14,607 nucleotides of DNA from Acaryochloris sp. IP29b_bin.148 (lineage in GTDB: Bacteria > Cyanobacteriota > Cyanobacteriia > Thermosynechococcales > Thermosynechococcaceae), in contig NZ_JANQOY010000231.1 of NCBI RefSeq assembly GCF_028285565.1, positions 1-14,607 of the forward strand, in the 5' to 3' direction. The notes under the pieces were generated by a model, which had not been told where the DNA came from, made no database searches, and saw only the letters and a program-made list of their open reading frames with translations. The first letter of the stretch is position 1, and the number at the start of each line of letters is the position of its first letter. The position numbers were made by a program, and so were the translations under genes. This document shows positions 8,730-14,607 of this stretch, one piece after another.

Positions 8730-9599
8730 ATGAATGAACACATGACCTCTTCTGAAACCAATGCGTTCCAAAATGGCAGCTTGTACATTGTGGCAACGCC
8801 GATTGGGAATTTAGAAGATATGAGTTTTCGGGCAGTGCGGATTTTGCAAACCGTGGCTGCGATCGCAGCCGAGGATACTCGCCACACTGGCAAATTGCTC
8901 CATCACTTTCAGATCAAAACTCCGCAAATTAGCTATCACCAGCACAACACTCAAACCCGGACCCCCGAACTGATTCAGCGATTAGAATCCGGTCAGGATT
9001 TAGCTCTTGTCAGTGATGCAGGCATGCCGGGGATTTCTGATCCGGGGGTGGAACTGGTGCAGGCTTGTGTCGAAGCGGGGATAGAAGTGATACCGATTCC
9101 TGGTGCTAACGCTGCGATCGCAGCTCTAGTCGCCTCGGGATTACCTTGCGATCGCTTTTGCTTTGAGGGATTTCTGCCCGCTAAGGGGAAAGCACGTCAA
9201 CAGCGATTGCAGCATATAGCGACCGAATCTCGCACCGTTGTCCTATATGAAGCCCCGCATCGCTTGTGCCAAACCCTACAAGATTTAGCAGCGCAGGTGG
9301 AGGATGATCGCCCAATAGTGTTGGCACGGGAATTAACCAAGCGGTTTGAAGAGTTCTGGCGAGGAACTGTGCAAACTGCAGTGATACACTATGAGAATAA
9401 TGAACCTAAGGGCGAATTTACGCTGGTATTGGCTGGAGCAACCGTAAGCCAAAACTTACCCACAGACATAGATTTACGCGCAGAATTACAGGAACTACTA
9501 GCTCAAGGGTGGTCGAAATCGAGAGCAAGCCGACAGTTAGCAGAGAAACATGCTATGTCCCGTCGCCGAATTTACCAGCTTACGCTCGATTTGGAATAA
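8730..9599 (+). CDS. rsmI: 16S rRNA (cytidine1402-2'-O)-methyltransferase
   Basis: 289-aa ORF that is collinear with E. coli RsmI: LYIVATPIGNLEDMSFRA, AAEDTRHTGKLL, LVSDAGMPGISDPG, GANAAIAALVASGLP, FEGFLPAKGKAR, YEAPHRL, LARELTKRFEEF. Confidence 0.93.
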   Translation: MNEHMTSSETNAFQNGSLYIVATPIGNLEDMSFRAVRILQTVAAIAAEDTRHTGKLLHHFQIKTPQISYHQHNTQTRTPELIQRLESGQDLALVSDAGMPGISDPGVELVQACVEAGIEVIPIPGANAAIAALVASGLPCDRFCFEGFLPAKGKARQQRLQHIATESRTVVLYEAPHRLCQTLQDLAAQVEDDRPIVLARELTKRFEEFWRGTVQTAVIHYENNEPKGEFTLVLAGATVSQNLPTDIDLRAELQELLAQGWSKSRASRQLAEKHAMSRRRIYQLTLDLE

Positions 9600-9604
9600 A
9601 TGGA

Positions 9605-9835
9605 TTACGGCTGTTTGGCGCGGCTGACGTACTGACCGTGAACGCTCACCATATAAGGCACACAATAGGTGAGCAACCCTGAAATCCAGCGTTCACGGGT
9701 CATTTTGTTTTGGGTTAAGGCAGCGCCATGATTGATCGCAAATAAAATAGATCCCACTATGGCCGCAACTTTTAGGGCATTGGTCCGATAGGTGGGATCT
9801 ATAAGAGCCGCGAGATAGCCTCGCAAAAAGAACAT
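9605..9835 (-). CDS. nrtS: NrtS-like small two-TM membrane protein (putative nitrate/nitrite transporter subunit)
   Basis: 76-aa ORF with two predicted TM helices (ALKVAAIVGSILFAINHGAAL; WISGLLTYCVPYMVSVHG). Size, topology and the FAINHG / TYCVPY segments match my recollection of the cyanobacterial NrtS family. Not verified by search. Confidence 0.55.
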   Translation of the reverse strand: MFFLRGYLAALIDPTYRTNALKVAAIVGSILFAINHGAALTQNKMTRERWISGLLTYCVPYMVSVHGQYVSRAKQP

Positions 9836-9897
9836 TGATGGTTATTTACAGGTCAGCAACATGGGAGAAAAATGAGAACCCTAACGGTTCCACCTCA

Positions 9898-10695
9898 TTA
9901 TCGCTCTGCAAAACTTCGATCAGCATTGGAGGTTGCAGTGGTATCTGCTTCGAACAAGGCGTTGTAGATAAAACCAGCTGCGATCGCACCGGCAATCGGC
10001 GCTACCCAAAACAACCAAACTTGCTGAAATAACTCCATATTGCCTGCCAAACCGACAATCAAAGCAGGGCCAGTGCTACGAGCAGGGTTTACGGAAGTAT
10101 TAGTAATCGGAATACTGATCAAGTGAATCAGGGTAAGGGCTAAACCAATTGCAATAGGACCAAACCCTTGAGGCGCACGGCTGTCTGTTGCGCCCAAAAT
10201 GATCAGCAAGAACATCATGGTTAGTAAGACTTCTGCGATCAAACAAGCGATCAGATTGTAGCCACCGGGTGAGTGAGCACCGAATCCATTGGTCGCGAGT
10301 GGGTTAGCACCCGAAACATCAATGGGGCCAGCACCGCTGGCGATGAGATACAAAAGACCTGCCGCAGCAATCGCGCCTACAACTTGAGCAATAATGTAGG
10401 GCAAGAGTTCAGATCCAGAGAATCGCTTGCCTGCCCATAGTCCAAAGGAGACGGCAGGATTAAAATGTCCACCAGAAATATGGCCCACAGCATAGGCCAT
10501 GGTCAGAACGGTCAAACCAAAGGCGAGAGAGACGCCTGTAAAACCAATACCCAGAGAAAAAGGAAAGGCCTCTTTGGCCTCACCGACTTCTAAATTTGTG
10601 GTGTATACAGCCGCAAACACGGCACTACCGCAGCCCCCAAAGGTCAGCCAGAACGTGCCAAAAAATTCGGCAAAAGCTTTTTTTGTAATTGACAT
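9898..10695 (-). CDS. aqpZ: Aquaporin Z
   Basis: 265-aa ORF. MIP-family N-terminus ([18 protein letters not shown]) and both NPA boxes ([16 protein letters not shown]). GGAG Shine-Dalgarno about 9 nt upstream of ATG-10695 on the minus strand. Confidence 0.95.
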   Translation of the reverse strand: MSITKKAFAEFFGTFWLTFGGCGSAVFAAVYTTNLEVGEAKEAFPFSLGIGFTGVSLAFGLTVLTMAYAVGHISGGHFNPAVSFGLWAGKRFSGSELLPYIIAQVVGAIAAAGLLYLIASGAGPIDVSGANPLATNGFGAHSPGGYNLIACLIAEVLLTMMFLLIILGATDSRAPQGFGPIAIGLALTLIHLISIPITNTSVNPARSTGPALIVGLAGNMELFQQVWLFWVAPIAGAIAAGFIYNALFEADTTATSNADRSFAER

Positions 10696-11152
10696 AGATG
10701 AACTCCATCTTCAAAAAATGAGGAACGTAACTTTTATAACCCCCTTGGCTCTGTCACTCTTCTCTGGTTCACATATTTGTTCAATGAGCACAGATTAGTG
10801 AATCTCAAGGTAGAGATGAGAAGGAGCATCAGCAATTTGGAATTGCTATGCACAGAGAAATTCCATCTAACATATTTTGAAGATCAAAATGGTATTTGTA
10901 AACACATCTATAGATTGTCACAATATTTCTAGAAGTGATTTTCTACAGAACGCAGGTAATTCAGAAAAATATGAATTTTAGTTGCTAACTCCTACTCATA
11001 TGAGTGGGTTGTGAATCATTGAAGTGTTTGTTTGCCCAACTACTTCTACCTCTAAAGAAAGTGGGATTCAGCGCTACTGGTGTAGATTGCAGCACTAAGC
11101 TCCGACTGACGTCTACTCACAGCCTTGTCTAGTTGGATTATGGGCATATCCG

Positions 11153-11296
11153 ACCGTTGGGGGAGGATGTCTTCAAGCTTGGCCCCCATCCTCCCAACCG
11201 CCCTCTCATAATCTGAGGCAAGGGGGGAGAATGCAGGCCCTATATGGAATATAGCTCCTCTCTCTCAACGTTGGGAGAGGGGGTGGGGGTGAGGGC
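11153..11296. repeat. G/C-tract hairpin cluster, likely a dispersed cyanobacterial intergenic repeat
   Basis: Three consecutive stem-loops: 11156-11169/11187-11198, 11240-11254 and 11257-11282. The motif CGTTGGGRGAGG occurs twice directly (11155-11166, 11269-11280) and once inverted (about 11190-11200). G4 motif GGGAGAGGGGGTGGGGGTGAGGG at 11273-11295. Confidence 0.5.
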
Positions 11297-11336
11297 CGAT
11301 CAGAGTCACATCAAGGCATCTTTTCTCTCAAAAGCC

Positions 11337-11360
11337 AAAAAAAAGGGGCTTGCGCCCCCC
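11337..11360 (-). terminator. Rho-independent terminator ending the hisD / kinase-fold / GNAT transcription unit
   Basis: The minus strand reads GGGGGGCGCAAGCCCCTTTTTTTT. That gives a GGGGC/GCCCC stem, a GCAA (GNRA) tetraloop and a U8 tail, about 80 nt downstream of the GNAT stop codon. Confidence 0.85.
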
Positions 11361-11440
11361 GTCGAACTTTCCATGACAATAGTTGCTTCTATTGTGCCCA
11401 TGTCTTTTAAGATTTGGTTGATCGTAGACCTAAATAAAAT

Positions 11441-11998
11441 CTAAACATGATCGTTAATTAAACTGGTTAATATATGGTCTTCCCATCTGCCATTTATACA
11501 AAGATATCTGGGGACATAGCCTTCAACCTGAAACCCCAATCGTCGGATCAGTCTACCGCTTCGTTGGTTATGGGGCATATAGGCTGCCATGATTCGATGG
11601 AAGCTGAGGTCAGAGAATAGGTATGAAATAGCGACGGGTATCGACTCGGTCATATAGCCTTGCCCTTGATACTGGGCAGAAATACTAAAGCCTAAGGTGC
11701 AGGACTGAAACGCCCCTCGAACCACATTTGAGAAGTTGATCGCCGCAATAATCTGCTGGGGATTGTGCCGATCGAAGAGGAAGAATTTAATGCCTTGGTC
11801 GTTGAGAAATGCTTGGGTGCGATCGCAAATCAATGCTCGCCAAAAGTCCGACGTATAAAACTCCACGGGCTTGACTGGCTCAAAGGGGTCTAAGTGGTCA
11901 CGATTAATGATGAAATATCTAAGAATGGCATCAATATCGTCTTCTGTCGCCATTCGCAGAATGCTACGCTTACACTGCAATTGGGGGAACGTTGGCAT
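11441..11998 (-). CDS. GNAT-family N-acetyltransferase (RimJ/RimL-like)
   Basis: 185-aa ORF. Acetyl-CoA binding Q/RxxGxG/A motif (YQGQGYMTESIPVAISYLF) and overall RimJ-like length and layout. Confidence 0.8.
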   Translation of the reverse strand: MPTFPQLQCKRSILRMATEDDIDAILRYFIINRDHLDPFEPVKPVEFYTSDFWRALICDRTQAFLNDQGIKFFLFDRHNPQQIIAAINFSNVVRGAFQSCTLGFSISAQYQGQGYMTESIPVAISYLFSDLSFHRIMAAYMPHNQRSGRLIRRLGFQVEGYVPRYLCINGRWEDHILTSLINDHV

Positions 11999-12049
11999 AG
12001 GCTCATTCTGAATGGACGGTCATGTGAAGTCTAGCTTAAGAAGTCTATC

Positions 12050-13273
12050 TCAGATGCTCAGTTGGTCTAGGGCCGCATCCAAAATGCTTTGGTCCTGCGA
12101 GGTGCTCGCACTGCCCATTTCAACTGCGAGAGATAAGCCCAGTAGCGTAATTTCTGGAGGAAATCGCTGGGTATCGCAGAGATTCATAGTTAAAAAGGGA
12201 CAGCAAAACAGCGCTAACTTGAGTTCCTGTCGCCAGGTATCCGGGAGTTGTCCTGCAGCTTTGAGATGGTCAATCAACGGTTGAAGGACATGCTTGAGCT
12301 TAGATTGTAGGAATCCCAGTCGTATGGCTGAGGGTTGAAAATCATGATCTACTTGAATGCGATCTGCTGAAATCTCCACGCTAATTGCCAGGTCGTTGGC
12401 AATCTCTTGGGGGAAATAGAGCCAAATGGCAAATACGTTATGGAAAATGGGCTTAGTTAGATCTAGAAAGGGTGAATGTCGCCCTGCAAAGGCCGGATCA
12501 AAGTAGATTAAGGTTTCGGTTGCTTCATCTACAAATACATTGCCATTATGGGCATCCCCATGACCGACAACAGACGGGGTAGCGGTTGGATCAAGTTTTT
12601 GGCTGGCCGTTTGAATAATATCCGCTAGGGTGTCTCGGTAAGGGATACCATTAATCTGCCAAGTCAGTTGAGCCAGCTGATCAAAATTGAGGGTTTGCCC
12701 TGGTAGCCTGACTTCTTTGCCTGCATAAAACTCGTGATAGCGTCCCCCAACGAGACGATGGATAAAGAGTTGATGAATCGGCACATCAGCATGATCTTCA
12801 GCGGATAAGGGCTGTAGGGTTTGCTGATAGATGTCCCACAGGGCTTGGTCGGCTTTTTCCTGCAGGGCTACAATCCGGTCAGCCCCGCCTCGTTGTCCCG
12901 TTTCAATCTGACGAGCTACATCAAATAGAGAGGGGAACTCAAAAAATTCATAGACCAGCAGCTGCTTGCCCCATTCCGTCGAGCTAAAAATCGGCTGAAT
13001 GATGGGGTAGCCCGCCTCCGCCATAATTGTGGAGTTGTAATACTCATGGATCAGGCTTTGAGGTTCAACGTGGGTTTTGAAGAACAGCTTGTCCCCTTCC
13101 ACGGTATGCAGAAACCCATTAATGGAATTGAGGGAGACCGCCGAGGGCCGCACCTGTACTTGCTCCACATTGAAGGGAAAATTGTCGTTAACAAACTCCT
13201 TCAGCAGGGCATTCGCCGCTGCCTGATCAGAAAACTGTAAGGTCTGAATCTGATACAGGAGTTGATCGGACAC
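12050..13273 (-). CDS. Uncharacterised protein-kinase-like-fold phosphotransferase (APH / FN3K / MtnK-like)
   Basis: 407-aa ORF with a GTG start at 13273, preceded by GAGGG five nt upstream. Catalytic loop HGDAHNGNVFV. Metal-binding Asp segment IYFDPAFAG. Candidate beta3 lysine (LFFKTH) and hinge (LLVYEFFE). Confidence 0.75.
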   Translation of the reverse strand: MSDQLLYQIQTLQFSDQAAANALLKEFVNDNFPFNVEQVQVRPSAVSLNSINGFLHTVEGDKLFFKTHVEPQSLIHEYYNSTIMAEAGYPIIQPIFSSTEWGKQLLVYEFFEFPSLFDVARQIETGQRGGADRIVALQEKADQALWDIYQQTLQPLSAEDHADVPIHQLFIHRLVGGRYHEFYAGKEVRLPGQTLNFDQLAQLTWQINGIPYRDTLADIIQTASQKLDPTATPSVVGHGDAHNGNVFVDEATETLIYFDPAFAGRHSPFLDLTKPIFHNVFAIWLYFPQEIANDLAISVEISADRIQVDHDFQPSAIRLGFLQSKLKHVLQPLIDHLKAAGQLPDTWRQELKLALFCCPFLTMNLCDTQRFPPEITLLGLSLAVEMGSASTSQDQSILDAALDQLSI

Positions 13274-13293
13274 GGTAACCCTCGGTATGCCCC

Positions 13294-14601
13294 TTACGGG
13301 AGCAGGTTCTTGCGCTCACGAATGGCCATAGCATGGGCCGGGAAGTCTTCATGCTCTGCCAAGGTTTGAGCCGTATGACCTAAGCGGGCAAAGCCTTCCT
13401 GGGTTAAATAACCAATGCCAGTGCGCTTGAGGAAGTCGTATACCGACACCGCCGAGTAGGAACGCGCAAAGCCGCCCGTCGGCAGAATAGCGTTAACACC
13501 GATGCAGTAGTTGGCCGTTGGAATCGGGGTATAGGGACCAAGCAGAATTTCACCGGCGTTCTTGATTTTGCCGAGAACGCTGAGGGGGTCTTGGACGAGG
13601 ACTTCCAAATGCTCTGGGGCATACTCGTTTAGAAAGTCGATGGATTCTTCCAAGCTGGAGGTCAGAATAATGCCGCCATAGGAAGACAGCCCGGTTTTGC
13701 AAAAGTTTTTACGCCAGTCCGGTAGCTTCTCCATATAGTCATCGGCATGTTTAGAGGCAGCTTTGGCGAGGTCTTCGCTGTGAGTAACCAATAAGCCCGC
13801 TGAATCAGGACCATGCTCTGCTTCTACAAGCAGATCGAGGGCTGCAATGCGAGGATCGGTGGTTTCGTCTGTGAGAATAATCGATTCACTCGGACCAGCG
13901 GGTAAGCCAACATCAACGGTGCCGTAGAGCAACCGCTTCGCGGCGGAGCCATAGACATTGCAAGGTCCAGTGATTTTATCGACTTTAGGAACGGTTTCGG
14001 TGCCAATCGCCATACCTGCGATCGCTTGGATGCCACCGAGTTTATAAATATCTTTGACCCCTGCTAATTCAGCAGCAACCAAAGAAGCAGGCTCAACGGT
14101 GCCATTTTTATCCGGTGGCGTGCAGACGACTACCTTTTCCACCCCGGCCACCACCGCAGGCACGCTAAGCATCAGCATCACAGAGGGGAAGGAGCCTTTA
14201 CCCCGAGGTACATATAGTCCAGCACTGGCAATGGGGGTGACTTTTTCTCCAGCAAAGACGCCACCATCGATTTCAGCAAGCTGAACTTCTTCCGGCATTT
14301 GCCGTTCATGCACTTCTTTGATGTTGCGATAGGCTTGCTCAATCGCCGCTTTGATTTCAGGCTCGACTTGCTCACGGGCAGCGGCAAATTCAGCTTCGGT
14401 CACCTTCAGATTTTCAGCAGTGGCACCAGGAAAATCAAATTTGCGCACGTATTTGATCACGCCCTGGTCACCGTCAGCGCGAATCTCGTCAATCACTTCT
14501 TTGGCGACAGCTAGCGCCTGTTCAATATCTAACTCGGCCCGTCGTTTGATGGAAGCGAGTTCTTCAGATGTCATCTCTGACAACCGGAGAATCCTGACCA
14601 C
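13294..14601 (-). CDS. hisD: Histidinol dehydrogenase
   Basis: 435-aa ORF with a HisD-typical translation throughout (GLYVPRGKGSFPSVMLM, KITGPCNVYG, AGPSESIIL, LLVEAEHGPDS, YAPEHLE). Confidence 0.95.
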   Translation of the reverse strand: MVRILRLSEMTSEELASIKRRAELDIEQALAVAKEVIDEIRADGDQGVIKYVRKFDFPGATAENLKVTEAEFAAAREQVEPEIKAAIEQAYRNIKEVHERQMPEEVQLAEIDGGVFAGEKVTPIASAGLYVPRGKGSFPSVMLMLSVPAVVAGVEKVVVCTPPDKNGTVEPASLVAAELAGVKDIYKLGGIQAIAGMAIGTETVPKVDKITGPCNVYGSAAKRLLYGTVDVGLPAGPSESIILTDETTDPRIAALDLLVEAEHGPDSAGLLVTHSEDLAKAASKHADDYMEKLPDWRKNFCKTGLSSYGGIILTSSLEESIDFLNEYAPEHLEVLVQDPLSVLGKIKNAGEILLGPYTPIPTANYCIGVNAILPTGGFARSYSAVSVYDFLKRTGIGYLTQEGFARLGHTAQTLAEHEDFPAHAMAIRERKNLLP

Positions 14602-14607
14602 GTGCTG

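Noticed and set aside
9835-10032. 65-aa plus-strand ORF overlapping the 3' end of aqpZ
   Set aside because: About two-thirds of it is antisense to the aqpZ C-terminus, and it has no Shine-Dalgarno or motif.
10499-10798. 99-aa plus-strand ORF overlapping the aqpZ 5' end
   Set aside because: Antisense shadow of the glycine/alanine-rich aquaporin frame (a Pro/Lys/Thr-rich translation).
11244-11444. 66-aa plus-strand ORF (MEYSSSLSTLGEGVGVRA...)
   Set aside because: It is a read-through of the G-rich repeat, the terminator hairpin and its A8 run (KAKKKGLAPP). This is a typical artefact ORF generated by repeat sequence.
12012-12284. 90-aa plus-strand ORF overlapping the 3' end of the kinase-fold gene
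   Set aside because: Antisense shadow with a Ser/Arg-rich translation.
13046-14514. Small ORFs nested in the kinase-fold gene and hisD (13046-13240, 13404-13622, 13824-14036, 14054-14284, 14178-14387, 14299-14514)
   Set aside because: All overlap well-supported long frames, and none has an independent signal.
1-14607. Search for tRNA, rRNA, CRISPR arrays, IS elements, integrases, and defence or toxin-antitoxin modules
   Set aside because: No T-loop (GGTTCGAATCC-like) or cloverleaf candidates appear in the intergenic regions. There are no regularly spaced direct repeats. No transposase, integrase or nuclease-like translation appears in any long ORF.

Overview
The window looks like cyanobacterial core chromosome. 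It has 11 perfect HIP1 octamers (GCGATCGC) in 14.6 kb and roughly 50% GC, and most genes are housekeeping. On the plus strand are thrS, a small low-GC locus of two hypothetical ORFs, and rsmI. On the minus strand are an M48 metallopeptidase, an initiating polyprenyl-phosphate sugar transferase, def, plsC, fabD, a TVP38/DedA-like membrane protein, an NrtS-like 76-aa membrane protein, aqpZ, a RimJ-like GNAT, an uncharacterised kinase-fold protein and hisD. I found no rRNA, tRNA, CRISPR array, transposase or integrase. I do not see a convincing multi-gene novel system. The leads worth follow-up are: (1) the low-GC locus at 7869-8733, where two ORFs share one frame across a single TAA and open frames continue up to an ATGA overlap with rsmI; (2) a tight hisD / kinase-fold / GNAT co-directional cluster that ends in a textbook intrinsic terminator; (3) a 640-bp AT-rich non-coding stretch upstream of aqpZ holding perfect palindromes, a three-hairpin G-rich repeat cluster and a G-quadruplex motif; (4) a lone nrtS-like microprotein gene downstream of aqpZ. 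All product calls rest on motifs read from the translations, since no database search was possible.
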